A stretch of 64,000 nucleotides of DNA from Octopus sinensis (GCF_006345805.1 NC_043013.1:57846001-57910000); one strand, 5' to 3'. Positions 1 through 14,171 are shown, numbered from the stretch's first letter. Notes: generated by a model from the letters alone, not told the origin. A program made the numbers and translations.

Positions 1-892
1 GTTTCATCCCCCTCACTCCATCCTGTAAGGAATTCCAGACGCGAGTTGATGTCCACAGCTTTGTGCGCCGTGTCCGGTTGGGTGCGCATTACCACGACTC
101 GCCACCCACACCCAACGAAGAGGACGACTGCTTCACTGGCCTGGGCCGCCGACCATCCCCGTGGACGCCTGCCCCTGGCCAGATCCTAGCAGTGGATCTT
201 TTCGCGGGCGCTTGTCAGCGTGTATTGAAGCGGTTCAACTTCTCCAGGCGCCAACGCCGCCTCAACATCTCCCCGGCTGAGCTCTTGGCTCTTCGTTCCC
301 TCCAACGGCGCACTGATATTATCATCAAACCGGCTGACAAGGGTGGAGCTGTAGTGGTGTGGCGCGCGGACCTCTATAGGGCCGAGGCTTTCCGCCAACT
401 CAATGACACCTCCTTCTATTCCCCTCTGCCCTCTAAACCCACACGTAGCTACCAACAGACGGTATCCTCTACTGTCCAAGACCTCATCTCGTCCTCCCGT
501 CTTCCCCGCACCGCATCCAACCTAATTGTGCGAACCCCACGTACCCCCACCATTTACTTCCTCCCCAAAATCCACAAACCCAACAACCCTGGCCGCCCCA
601 TCGTCTCCGCCTGTAACTGCCCCACGGAGCTCATCTCTAAATACCTCGACCGTGTCCTTGCCCCCCTAGTGGCATCTCTTCCCTCCCACATCCACGATAC
701 CAACCATGCTCTCCGGCTTTTCAACTCTTTCTCCTTTCCTCCCGGCTCCTCCAAAATCCTTTTTACTATGAACATCCAAAGCCTCTATACTGTTATCCCT
801 CACCACGAAGGCCCTTCGACACTTTCTTGACCTCCGCTCTAACCCTGTACCTGACACCTCCACACTCATTCGTCTGGCCGAACTTGTCCTTA
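1..892 (+). mobile_element. Penelope-like element (PLE) reverse transcriptase fragment. It runs off the window start, has a frameshift near 815-830 and is truncated by (TA)n/(TG)n.
   Basis: The frame opens from nt 3 (FIPLTPSCKEFQTRVDVHSFVRRVRL). It carries PLE-RT motifs IIIKPADKGGAVVVW, YFLPKIHKPNNPGRPIVS and SLYTVIPH, and continues after the shift as DLRSNPVPDTSTLIRLAELVLT. Confidence 0.9.
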
Positions 893-893
893 C

Positions 894-930
<37 letters not shown>

Positions 931-962
931 GGTGTTTGTGCGTGTGTGTGTATGCATAGATA

Positions 963-1530
963 TATATTGGGTCATCCCATAACTGCGATTTTTAAATACT
1001 TTTATTCTACAAAATTAAGATATACAAAGATTTTTAATCTAAAATATATCCCACTTCATTTTCTACAATACTCCTCGATCTATCTGGGAGAATTGGAAGC
1101 CCCGCCCCACTCCCAGAATTCACTCGTCCGTGACGAAAAATACTCCTCCAATACTGTTCCGACCGCGTTTACGGAATTGATATTTTTTTCCGTCCAAATG
1201 ATTTTGAAGGTTGCGGAATAAATGATAATCAGATGGGGGAATGTCTGGCAAATATGGTAGGTGGGGCATCGTTTCCCATTCGCACTGCTCCAGTCTTTGG
1301 AATGTCATCCTCGCTGTATGTGGCCTAGCATTATCCTGATGGAAGAACAACTTTCGTCTTGAAACCAAAGATGGTCGTGTTTCTTTTAGCCCTGGCTTAA
1401 GCTGCTCACGTTGCTCGCGGTAGATGTCCTTTGTTATCGTTTGGTTTGGGTTTAGAAGTTCATATCCCACCAAACAGATAACAACACCTTATGCGGATGA
1501 ATATCTTCTTTAGCCTGGGGTGCCAGTGTC
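963..1530 (-). mobile_element. Mariner (DD34D-type) transposase, 3' half, with probable terminal inverted repeat (TIR) at ~963-995
   Basis: The minus strand gives HPHKVLLSVWWDM, FFHQDNARPHTA and HLPYLPDIPPSDYHLFR (variant of YSPDLAPSDY). It ends in TA-flanked TTGGGTCATCCCATAACTGCGATTTT. Confidence 0.85.
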
Positions 1531-1599
1531 TCTCCCGATAGCACACAGGTGTTGATGAATGATTGGGAACTGCGTGTCTGATTAAAAATGTAAGTCTTA

Positions 1600-2430
1600 A
1601 TACTTGTAGTTTTATTGTCTTTCAAGCGGTTTTACTGTCTTTTAAACAGCTTAATTAGCATTAAACGTAGCCAGGTTTATAATATTAGTTTATTACAAGT
1701 ACTTTTTTAGTTCCTATTTATGAAATTTAAGTATATATTAGTCACTGGTAATTAAATATTAGAACTCGTAGTGGTGATATATTGAGTATGTAGTGTTTTA
1801 TTATTAACTTTTGAATGAAGAAATAATGTATTTCACTGATAAAAATACGAGTTTGAATTAATTTCAATCGCGTTTGGTATTTAAAAATTTTATAAGGCTC
1901 GAAATTTCATTATAGTATTATCTATGGAAGACTAGTAGGATTATTATTTATATGGTCTTAAAGATTGATTGTAATTTAGTTATTGCAGTTTACTACTAAT
2001 ACCGATACAATGTGCGTTGGTTTATGTGTCTGTTGTTGTAGCTTTAAAAAGGTTAGTGTTAAATCCTGTCTATAAAATGATTGATTGAAATTAAGCTTTT
2101 TCTTTTACACTACGGGAGACGGTAGGGATTATAATTTTGTATGAATTCATAGTTGTCACTCTTTAGTTAAGTATTTAGGAGTGGTTGGAATTTACTGATG
2201 GAATTTATCGATCAATACGGTTGTAAATTGGCAAATGTGTTTCAAATAGTTGTGGTTCATTTGGTTTGCTTGTTCCCAAATACAACACCTATTTTAGTGC
2301 AGGTGACACCGCCGGATTGAATGATATTGCCCAGGTGTCGAAACCATAACGATATCCGTGGGGCAGCTGATGATGGAGGCATGTTGGATTGTTGGTATAG
2401 TTGTGGAGAGTAGTTTATAAACACATCCTT
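1600..2430 (-). mobile_element. Possible heavily decayed PLE GIY-YIG region
   Basis: Only scattered minus-strand remnants (HCIGISSK, SVKYII) resemble the YIG and C-x2-C-x-EK segments of PLE endonucleases. There are many stops. Confidence 0.25.
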
Positions 2431-2469
2431 GATATAAGTATATAAATATATATATGTATATATATATAG

Positions 2470-2500
<31 letters not shown>

Positions 2501-2524
2501 TATATATATAGATATATATATATA

Positions 2525-5500
2525 TAAATCCTTAAATCCTTAAAAATGTTTTAGCCCGAAGGCCGCGGCCATGCTGGGGCACCACCGCTGAATGAGCTAC
2601 ACTAGTTTGTGAATCCACCTCTGATACGTGGCACTTGATCAACAAGGAGTTCGATGCTGCTGCCGCATCCGTGTCTCCTGTCGTGAGGTAGGTTCATCTG
2701 GGACTCCCAACAAGAAGAGATCCAGTTTAGTTTTAAAGAAACCCACATCCACACCATGTAAGTCTCTCAGGCATTTAGGGAGGATGTTAAAGAGCTGTGG
2801 TCCTCTGAAACCCAAGCTGTTGCAGTATCTGGACCTGTATTTTGATGGTGATGTTGGAATCCTTGGCACCAGGCAGCGGCGCCCCGTTCTGCGGTTGGAG
2901 TAACTTCGAATGCCAAAGTTTGGGACAAGACCCTCCAGGATTTTCCAGATGTATATCACTGCATATCTCTCCCGCCTCCGCTCCAGGGAGAAGGGTAATA
3001 CCTTCAGTCTTTCCCAGTAGCTGACATTTTGCATTGAGACGATTTTCTTTGTGTAGCTTCTCTGAGTTGCTTCGAGTTCTGCTGTTTGTTTTATATTGTG
3101 TGGTGACCAAAGTTGGGAGCAGTAGTCCAAGCGGCTGAGGACGAATGTTTTCCATAGGACCATCAGTGTCTCCTTCTCTCTTGTTCTGAAAGTTCGGAGA
3201 ATCCATCCAGCTAGCCGTCTGCATTTTATCACCAGATTAGCAATATGCATTTGGAAAGATGCATCATTGCTCATGTCAATGCCCAGGTCACGCACTGATT
3301 TTGACTCAGGAATTGCAATTCTTCCTGGGCCAGTGTATCCAGTCTTCACGTCATTTACCTTTGTGTGCCAGTAGCGCAGGGCCTGGAACTTACCTGCATT
3401 AAACTGCATGTTGTTGTCCTCAGCCCACCTGTATATTGTGTCCAGCTCATGTTGCAGATGCGCAATATTTTCAGGGTTTTGTATTGCGTGGGAGACTTTT
3501 GTGTCATCTGCATAGCTAGCAAGGGTGGTCATCGTAGCAACTGAAGGCATGTCTGAAAGGGCCACTATGAACATCAGTGGCCCCAAGACAGTGCCCTGTG
3601 GGACACCGCTTGTTATTTGCGTTTCCTTGGAGGTGGCTCCATTGCTCACAACTACCTGTTTTCTGTCTTTTAGGAAGTTGTGCAGCCACTCTCCAAGTTT
3701 CCCGCCTATGCCGAGACCACGCAGTTTGTAACAGATCATACCATGGTCGACTTTATCAAAGGCTTTTGCAAAGTCAAGATATATTACATCCACATTTGAG
3801 CCATTTAGTAGCTGTTTCAACACCCAGTCATAGTGTTGCAGGAGCTGTGTTAGGCAGCCTCTACCTGGTCGAAATCCATGCTGGGTGTCAGACAGTAAGT
3901 CACTCTCCTCAAGGAACACGATTAGTTTCCTACGGACTATTCGTTCCATGACTTTGCTGATGTGTGAGGTCAGAGAGATAGGCCTATAATTTTTAGCATC
4001 TGCTCTGCTACCTCCCTTATGGATAGGGCATATTACCCCCCTCTTTCAGTTTGACTGGGAGCTTACCACTTGCAAGAAAGCTCTGAAAAAGAAGCTGTAG
4101 CGGTTTTGCAAGGGGTCGTTTGCACGATTTGAGAAGGATCGCTGGGAATCCATCAGGTCCAGCAGCTGAGTTTGTGTCAATCTCATCAATGGCTAGTGTG
4201 ATATCATCATCTTCGATGTTGATGTACTCAGTTTTTGTCTCTTTGGCCGCTGGTAAAGTGGCAAATAATTCTTCTGGGTTGTTTACTTGCCTGTGTCCTA
4301 GAGGTGTAGTGAACACACTTTGGAACTGTTCGTTCAGTATTTCACTTATCCTCGTGGGATTTCCTGTGAGAGAGCCATCTTTTTGGAAGAGAGGTCCTAT
4401 TCTCTGGTGCACTGTGGCTGTCTCTTTGGCAAACTTAAAGAAAGCTTTAGGGTTTGATTTTATATTTTCTATTACCCAAGCTTCTTTATCTGATCTCTCC
4501 TTTTCATGGGACTGATGTAGACTTTTCCCAGTTTCCATTAGCATTCTTCCGAGCCGAGACTTCTCACCACTTTTGGTGTGCTTGCTCAGGCGGTTTGCAA
4601 TCCTTGTCCGTCGTCTCATAAGAATCTCCTTTCTCTAGGGATCCTGTTTTGTTCTTGTGTGTGCTGGCCCTGCACATTGGGACATATTTGTCACATATGG
4701 CTTGTATTATGGACATGAAGTGTTTGTGTTTATGTTTATGTCCGGTGTGTGGAGAGACATTCAGGCCAATCCTGTTTGAGGATCTCTTTCTCAATCGACT
4801 TCCAGTTGGCTTTATGAAAGTTTAAGTTGGAGAGATGGTGGGTGCTTCGTATAGGCTGTGTGTCTGGGGGCTTTTGTTCCATACATAGACAGCTCTATTA
4901 TGTTGTGATCCGAGATCATTGTCGGCATCACATTAACATTATGGATAATATCCATATTGTTTGTGAAGCAGAGATCCAGTATATTATCTGCCCTTGTTGG
5001 TTGCAGAACTATTTGCTCCATGAAAGAGGCATTTGTGAGATGGAGCAGGGACTCCACCTGTGCCTGCTGATGGTGTGTCATCCCTGGGAGCATCTGTCCC
5101 CCAGGCCATTCCACATTGGGGAGGTTAAAGTCACCCATGAAGAATACACTGTTGTGCTGTTCAAGGTTGGTGAGGACTTCTCCTATTTTTGTTAGGCAGT
5201 CTTCAAACATGCCTGAGTGTTTTGGGGCATCTGGTGGGCGATATGTAGTACATATGACGATATTCAGTTGTCTTATGTGTACAATTTGAGTTTCACATAC
5301 TGAGTTTGAATATGACAGCAGGACCTGGGGCGTGAGGTCATCTCGGATGTACATTGCAACTCCACCATGGCTCCTACCTTTTCTATCTGTGCGTATGACT
5401 GCATATTGCGGCATGTGTATTTCTGCAATCACCTATATCGGGTTCAAGATGCGTTTCTGTGAGTGCCATGCATATAGCTTGATTGCATGTCACAAGGTCT

Positions 5501-6336
5501 CTCAGGAATGAAATTTTCTTTTTACAGTTTCCGCGCAGCAGCCCTCCTACATCAGTAGAAATATTTTTGTGGTGTGTGTGTTGGTGTTGGTGTCTGTGGT
5601 GGCCATCCTGCATCTGTTGGAGGTGGCCTTATGTGGTGGTAGTTCCAGCTTTGTGCTTGTAGCCAGGTCAGCTGCTGACAATTTTGTGTGCAATGCACCA
5701 AAAAGACTGCTATTCGCTGCCGCCCTTCTCACATCTGGTGAAGCTGGCCACCTGTTGGGTTTCCGCGCACCACATCTGCATACCGTCTTTTCAGTAGTGG
5801 TCATTGCGCTTTTTTCCCTTCTTTTAACTTTTTCTTTTTGTTTTTGTTTTTGTTCCCCTGAGGGAGGGACCTCTGTCTCGCGTCCGTGCGGTTTTGGTAG
5901 GGCCTCCGATGTGCAAAGCGACAGTTTGCACCTTCAACGCCGTACCAGCAGTCCCCCTCAGGTAGAATTTGCAGGTGTTTCTTTCCCTTCCCTTACAGTT
6001 TTTGCTGGGGTCCCTCTGCTTTCTCTGGACAGGGCTTCCTTTAGCCTTGATTCTGTCACCGTTTACCTACTGCTTCCCATCAATTCCAGGGTGCATTTCC
6101 TTTCTTGCGGCCGTCGCACCTCATTGGTCTTCAGTTGTGGTGTTGGAAGCTGGACATGTGTCATCGTTTCCCTGTGTTCCAGGCTTCTCCATTTGGCTCT
6201 GGATGCTTTCCTCATCCTTTTGGCACTCCCTGCGTCCGTCACCTCCCAGGATGATGTCCAGGGTGTCCACATGTTGCCTGATTAGAGCGTACGAACGGAT
6301 AACTTCACTCTTCTTTCGCTCTATCTGGGCGGTGGT
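2525..6336 (-). mobile_element. CR1/L2-group LINE, subfamily A, nearly full length (5'-truncated in ORF1), frameshifted APE-RT
   Basis: APE motifs (MGDFNLP, LDLCFTN, SDHNII) and RT motifs (YLDFAKAFDKVDH, GVPQGTVLGP, YADDTK, LSRLDYCSQLW, SLERRRERY) are present. ORF1 remnant is at 5640-6336. The 3' tail has two hairpins and (AAGGATTT)n at 2525-2590. Confidence 0.93.
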
Positions 6337-6445
6337 ATATGTATATATATATATATATTATATGTATATAGATATGCATATATTATAGTATATTCATATA
6401 TGTATATATTATATATGTATATGTATATATAAATGAATATATATG

Positions 6446-6481
<36 letters not shown>

Positions 6482-6595
6482 TATATTATATATTATGTAT
6501 ATAATATGTATATATATATGTATATATATGTATATTATTGTATATTATATATATGTTATGTATATAATATTATATATATATATGTTATATATATG

Positions 6596-6629
<34 letters not shown>

Positions 6630-7746
6630 CATATGTATATGTATAAATATGTGTATATATATACTATGTATATGTATATATATATGTATCTGTATATCTA
6701 TATGTAGTATATATATATATATATGTATGTATATATATATATATATATGTCTGTATATGTATACCTATATATATGCATGTATATGTATATATATATACAA
6801 TGTATGTATATGTATATATATATATGTATATATATGTATGTATATGTATATATATATATTTATATATATATGTATATGTATATGTATATGTATATATATA
6901 TGTACATGTATATGTAAATGTATATATATATGTATATGTATATGTATATATATATGTATATGTATATGTATATGTATATATATATGTATATATATATGTA
7001 TATGTATATATATATGTATATGTATGTATAGGTATATGTATATATATGTATATGTATATATATGTATATGTATATATGTATATTATATATATATATATAT
7101 GTATATGTATGTATAGTATATGTATATATATGTTATATGTATTATATATGTATATTATTATATATATATGTATATATGTATATATATGTATATGTATATA
7201 TATATAATTATATGTATATATATATATATGTTATATATAATATATATATGTATATATATATATGTATATGTATTATATATCTATATATGTATATGTATAT
7301 ATATTATGTATTGTATATATATATGTTAGTATAGGTATGTATGTATGTATATATATAATGTATATATATATGTATATTTATAATATGGATATGTATGTAT
7401 ATATAGTATATTATTATAAAAAAGTTGAGTTTGGTGTATCGTATCGCACAGTGGGATTATATATATATATGTATATATGTATGTATATGTATATTATATA
7501 TATATATGTATAATATGTTATATATATTATGTATATATATGTATATATATGTACGTAACGTATATATATATATGTTATAATGTATAAATATGTATATGTT
7601 ATATATATATTTATATATATGTATATATAATGTACATATATATATGATATGTATATATATGTATATGTATATATATATCTATATGTATATATATGTATAT
7701 GTATATATATATATGTATATATATGTATATGTATATATATATATGT
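6336..7746. repeat. Cryptic (TA)n/(TATG)n microsatellite tract
   Basis: Visible directly. All ORFs here are Y/I/M/V/C artefacts. Confidence 0.97.
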
Positions 7747-7838
7747 ATAAAATATTATTCGAGACAAAACCACTATTTTGCAAAACAAACAAGGCAAGAC
7801 TTAATCAATACATAATTTTAATAATAGTCAAAAAACCG

Positions 7839-7881
7839 CCACTACAATCGTTTCTTGTCTTGATCGACAATCTTCAGGTGG
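7839..7881 (-). ncRNA. Minimal type I hammerhead ribozyme, family C (intact core)
   Basis: The minus strand reads CCAC CUGAAGA UUGUC-GAUCAA-GACAA GAAA CGAUUG UA|GUGG. Stem I is 4 bp, stem II 5 bp, stem III is near-palindromic, and the cleavage triplet is GUA. Confidence 0.8.
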
Positions 7882-7930
7882 ACTTCCAATAATTCAGTGT
7901 CAAAATATTTGACACTGAATTATTGGAAGT

Positions 7931-7972
7931 CCACCTGAAGATTGTCGATCAGACAAGAACCGATTGTAGTGG
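7931..7972 (+). ncRNA. Hammerhead family C, mirror copy with GAAA->GAAC core lesion (probably inactive)
   Basis: The plus strand reads CCAC CUGAAGA UUGUC-GAUCA-GACAA GAAC CGAUUG UA GUGG. Confidence 0.7.
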
Positions 7973-8255
7973 CGGTTTTATTGACTATTTATTAAAATTT
8001 TGTATTGATTAAGTCTTTCCTTGTTTTTTTTGCAAAATAGTGGTTTTGTCTCGAATAATTTTTATAATATTTTACTATAAAATCGATTTAATCCTAATCT
8101 GATTTTTTCCCTGTAAATTTGGATTTATTCCCTCAATATTTATTATTATATATATATGTATATATATATATATGTATATATATATATTATATGTGTATAT
8201 ATATATATGTATTATATATATATATGTATAATATATGAATGTATGGATATATGTA

Positions 8256-11095
8256 TTGATTGATTGATTGATTCTAGTTTCAGCTTATGAGCTGTGGCCA
8301 TGCTGGGCACCGCCATTTGGTGTTGCTACTTGGTTTCACTTCATGGAGGCTTTCTAGGCAACTGCTATTTGGTGCTTGAGAGAGTTTGATGGCAGCTGCC
8401 CTCATCTGCCCTCCTGCCGTGAGTTGGTTCATCTGGTACACCTGACAGGAAAGATCCAGCTCCATTTTAAAGACATCTGTATCCACCCCATGCAGGTCTC
8501 TCAGGTTCATCGGAGGATATTGAAGAGCTGTGGCCTCGGAAGCCCAGGCTATCACAGAATCTTGTCCTACATCTTGATGGCAAGTTTGGAGTCCTAGGCA
8601 CCACGCAGTGGCGCCCAGTTCTGGCATTTGCTAACTCTCGATGCCAAAGTTCAGGACACTTCCCTCCAGGATCTTCCAGATGTATATTATGGCATATCTT
8701 TCCCGCCTACGCTCCAGGGAATATAATTTTAATCTCTGAGTCTTTCCCAGTAGCTTACATTCTGCAGAGAGGCTATCTTCTTCGTGTAGCTTCGTGGATC
8801 GCCTCAGTTCTGTGATCAACTTGACACTGGATGGTGACCATAGCAGAGAGCAATAGTCAAAGTGACTTAGGACAAGTGTCTTCCGAGGACCATCATGGGT
8901 TCTTGTTCTCTTGTTCTAAATGTTTTAAGAATCCAACCAGCCAGCCGTCTGCATTTCATTGTCAGTTTAGCAACATGTACGTGAAAGGTCGCGTCATCAC
9001 TCATGTGAATACCCCGGTCACGCACTGATTGTGCCTCTGGGATTGAAATCCCTCCGGGTCCAGTGTATTCCTTGGGTATTGCATCAGTTTTGCATGCTGA
9101 TAGTATAAAGCTTGAAACTTTCAGCATTGAACTGCATGCTATTCTTTTCAGCCCACTTGTATATTTCGTCCAGCTCATATTGCAGGTGCTAGTGTCTTCA
9201 GGTTCTGTATTGCCTGTGAAACTTTTGTATCATCTGCATAACTGTGTGATCGTGGCTCTCCGCGTGGCTGAGGGCATGTCTGAGAGGGCCATTATGAACA
9301 GTAGTGGTCCCCCCAAACAGTTGCCCCTGTTGAACACCGCTCACTATTTGCGTGCTATGGAAGTGGCCCCATTGGCTACTACCACCTGACTTCTATTCTT
9401 CAGAAAGTCGTGAAGCCATTCTCCTAGTTTTGCAACTATGCCAAGATCACGCAGTTTGTGACATATCATTTCATGATCGACTTTATCGAAACCTTTGCGA
9501 AGTCGAGATATATGACTTCCACATTTGAGTGGTTGAGCAGTTGTTTCAGCACCCAGTCATAGTGCTGCAGGAGCTGAGTTAAGCAGCTTCTTCCTGGTCG
9601 GAAACCATGTTGGGTGTCAGGCAGCAAGTCATTTTCTTAAGGAAGGTGATTAGTTTCCTTCTGACTATTCGTTCCATGATCTTGCTGATGTGTGAGGTCA
9701 GAGAGATAGGTCTGTAGTTCTTGGCCTCCGCTCTGCTGCCTCCTTTATGAATAGGGCATATTTTACCTTCTTCAGTTTCTTGGGAGTTTGCCAGCTGCAA
9801 GGAGCTCTGAAAAGAACTGCAGTGGTCTTGCTAAGACTCTCTTACATACTTTTAGGAGGATGTCGGGAATCCATCGGGGCCAAAGCTGAGTCTATTTTCA
9901 TTTCATCTATAGCCTTTATTACATCGTCTTCCTTTATATCGATGTAATTTATCGTCGCCGCCTCTGATTCTGTATCTGCAGTGGTAAAGAAGTCAGTTTG
10001 GATTGCTGATTTGGAAATGCCCCAAGGGTGGAGTGAAACACTCTTGAATTGTTCATTCAGTATTTCACTTACCCTCATTGGTTTTCCTGTGAGTGTGCCA
10101 TCCTTTTCAAGGAGTGGCCCTATCCTACAGTGCACCGTAGCTGTTTCTCTTTGGCATACCTGTAGAAAGCTCTGGGGTTAGTTTTTATGTTGTCTATAGC
10201 CCAGGTTTCTTTGTCTGCTCTTTCCTTCTCATGGGAGAGTTGCAGACAATTTTCAATTTCCAACAGTTTTATTTTTCAGGCGGGACTTTTCAACTGCTTT
10301 CAATTTGTTTGTTTAGGCGATTTGAGATTTTTGTACGCCGTCTCATTAAAATTTTTCTCACTCTGGGATTTTGTTCTTGTGTACAGTGGCCTTTCTCTCT
10401 GGACACATTTGTAGAATATGGCTTGCATTACAGACATGAATTGTTGAAGTATCATGTCGATGTCCGGCGAGGAGAGATCTCTTTCTCAATTTGTTTCCAG
10501 TTTGCCTTATTGAAGTTCAAGCTGGAGAGATTCTGAGGGTTCCTTGTAGGCTGCATGTCCGTGCTCTCTTTTGGCCCGTACATGGTCAGCTCTACCATGT
10601 TGTGATCCGAGAGTAGTGTCGGTGTCACTTTCACTTTATGGATGAGATCCATATTATTTGTGAAGCAGAGATCCAGTGTGTTACCCTCTCTGTTGGTTGG
10701 AGTATTACTTGCTCCATGTACAGGGTGTTGGTGAGGTTCGGAGGGACTTCGCCTGTCCTCGTTCACATCTTGTCATTCCTGGGAGAGAAAGGCCCTCGGC
10801 CATCTGACATTCGGTAGATTGAAGTCTCCCATGAGAATACACTTATTTGTTGTTCTAATGTGGTTAGAACTTCTTCTATTTTTAAAAGGCAGTCCTCAAA
10901 CATGCCCATATGACTTGGGGCATCTGGAGGGCGATATGTAGCACACACAACTACATCAAGTTGCCTTATGTGTACAATTAGTTTGAGTATGAGTATGACA
11001 AAAGGACCTGGGGTGTGAGGTCCCCACGGATGTACATAGCAACTCCTCCATGACTTCTTTCTTTCCTGTCGGTCCGTAGTACAACATACTGTGGT
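8256..11095 (-). mobile_element. CR1/L2-group LINE, subfamily B, degenerate, 5'-truncated in APE
   Basis: Fragmented APE/RT ORFs (TLDLCFTNNMD, SLTSHISKIMERIVRRKL, YSLERRRERY). The 3' tail is GGCGGTGCCCAGCATGGCCACAGCTCATAAGCTGAAAC plus (AATC)n. Confidence 0.9.
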
Positions 11096-11805
11096 ATATA
11101 TATATATGTATGTATATATGTGTATATATATCTAAATGCATGTATATTGTTTATATATGTATATATATATATAATGTATTATATATGTATATATATATGT
11201 ATATATATATATATTATATATATATGTATATATATGTATACATGTATATTATATGTATATATGTATATATATATGTATATATATATATTTATATATATGT
11301 ATATATATGTATAATGTATGTATATGTATATATATGTATATATATATATATGTATATGTATGTATATATATGTATATATGTATGTATATGTATATATATA
11401 TGTATATTATGTATATGTATATATATGTAAGATATGTATAATATATGTATATATATGTATATATGTATGTATATATATTTATATTTGCGCGAGAGCGATG
11501 ATTTGAAAATTTTAGGTCAGATATTGCCGAGGCAGGGTCGAAAATGCTTCTGAAAATATCTGTCCGACTTGGCTATTTCTTACTGATGAATCTAAGGGCC
11601 TATGGAAGATTGGCTTGGATTTAATTTATCGTATCAGGTATTTACCATTAAACATTAGATGAAACGGTGCATCGTATAAGAAATTACAGGGTAAATGTTT
11701 TTTTAATTTTCTCCTGGTTTACGATGATGTTTATTTGCGGTTGAAGCTTTCTGTTATTTCTAGTGGTGAATGGCCTATTATGGCCGTTCCTTGTTGTGAT
11801 GTATG

Positions 11806-11844
<39 letters not shown>

Positions 11845-11857
11845 GTATGTATATATT

Positions 11858-11888
<31 letters not shown>

Positions 11889-12560
11889 TATGTATATATG
11901 TATATATATCTATATATGTATATATATAAGTATATAGGTATATATATAGTATATATGTATATATATATGTATGTATGTTATATATATGTATATATGTATA
12001 TATATATGTATATTATATATATGTATATATGTAATATATATGTATATATGTATATATATATGTATTATGTATATATATATGTATATGTATATATATATAT
12101 GTATATATATATATGTATATATGTATATATATATGTATATAATATGTATATATGTAATATATATATATGTATATATGTATATATATATATATGTATATAT
12201 GTATATATATATGTATATATGTATATATATATGTATATATTATGTATATATGTATCTATATATGGATGTATATATGTATATATATAGTAATATGTATATA
12301 TTATATGTATATATATATATATATATGTATATATGCACATATATATGATTTTTGATTTGATTTGATTTTTCCAGTTTCAGCTAATGAGCTGTGGCCATGC
12401 TGGAGCACCGCCATTTGGTTTGCTACATATATATGTATGTATATATATATATATGTATGTATATGTATATATATAATATATGTATGTATATGTATATATA
12501 TATGTGTATGTATATGTATATATATATATATGTATATATATGTATGTATATGTATATATA

Positions 12561-12595
<35 letters not shown>

Positions 12596-12764
12596 ATGTA
12601 TGTATATGTATATGTAAATGATTATATATGTATATTTATGTATATGTAATATATATATATGTATATGTATATGTATATGTATATATATATGTATATGTAT
12701 ATATATGTATATGTATGTATAGGTATATGTATATATATGTATAAGTATATATATGTATATGTAT

Positions 12765-12796
<32 letters not shown>

Positions 12797-13447
12797 GTAT
12801 ATGTATATATATATGTATATGTATATATATATGTATATGTATATGTATATATATATATGTATATGTATATGTATATAAGTATATGTATATATATGTATAT
12901 ATATATGTATATTTTTAATATGTATATGTACGTATATATATATATATGTATATAAAAAAGTTGAGTCGTGTGGTATCGCACGAGTGGGATTATATATATA
13001 TGTATATATGTATGTATATATATATATATATGTATATGTATAATATGTATATGTATATATATATATGTATATATATGTATGTAAATGTATATATATATAT
13101 GTATATGTATAATATGTATATGTATATATATATGTATATATATGTATATATATGTACATGTATATATAGATATGTATATATATGTATATATATATATATA
13201 TATGTATATATATGTATATGTATATATATATATGTATATATATGTATATGTATATATATATATGTATATGAATAATATGTATATGTATATATATATGTGT
13301 ATATATATGTATATATATGTATATGTATATATATATGTATATATATGTATATATATGTATATATATAATTATATATATGTATCTGTATATATATGTATAT
13401 ATATGTATATGTATATATATGTATATGTATATATATATATGTATATG

Positions 13448-13478
<31 letters not shown>

Positions 13479-13547
13479 GTATATATATATAATATATATA
13501 TATTATCTATATGTATATATATATATATCCGTATATATATATATATG

Positions 13548-13597
<50 letters not shown>

Positions 13598-14171
13598 TGT
13601 GTATATATATGTATATATATATATGTTATATATATATATATGTAATATATATATATGTATATATATATGTATATATATATATATATATGTATATATATGA
13701 ATGTATGTATATATGTATATATTATATTATAAATGCATGTATATATGTATGTATATTATATATATATATGTATGTATATAGGTATTTATATATGTATGTA
13801 TATATGTATATATTCTATGTATATATATATATGTATATATATATAATGTATATATAATATGTATATATATATGTATATATATATATGTATATATATATAT
13901 GTATATAATATGTATATATATGTATATATGTATATATATACGTATATATGTATATATTATGTATATATATGTATATACATATATGTATAATATATATATG
14001 TATATATATGTATATATATGTATATATGTATGTATATGTATATACATTATATATATATATGTATATATATGTATATATATGTAATATTATGTATATGTAT
14101 ATATATGTAAATGATTATGTATATATAAGTCGATATTATTTATAATATATATGTTATATATGATATATGTA
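11095..14171. repeat. Long (TA)n/(TATG)n tract with short non-repeat islands (11490-11795, 12345-12425, 12954-12992)
   Basis: Visible directly. Confidence 0.95.
12345..12425 (-). mobile_element. Solo LINE 3' tail (extreme 5' truncation)
   Basis: The minus strand reads GGCGGTGCTCCAGCATGGCCACAGCTCATTAGCTGAAACTGG followed by (AAATC)n-like repeats. There is no coding sequence. Confidence 0.8.

Larger units (their letters stand above)
7747..8065. repeat. ~320-bp near-perfect palindrome (two ~159-bp arms, 3-nt loop at 7905-7907)
   Basis: The left arm ATTATTCGAGACAAAACCACTATTTTGCAAAA...CAGTGTCAAA is mirrored by TTTGACACTG...TTTTGCAAAATAGTGGTTTTGTCTCGAATAAT. Confidence 0.95.

Noticed and set aside
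2320-2385. Hammerhead-like words GTCGAAAC ... CTGATGA on the plus strand
   Set aside because: I could not build stems II and III and an NUH site in any HHR topology.
11490-11795. Possible PLE RT remnant ([11 protein letters not shown]) on the minus strand
   Set aside because: It is a single weak motif with no supporting frame, too decayed to call.
6336-14171. Dozens of Y/I/M/C-rich ORFs
   Set aside because: These are translations of (TA)n/(TATG)n microsatellite. The same applies to the poly-I and poly-N ORFs at 62416-63742 and 53230-53350.
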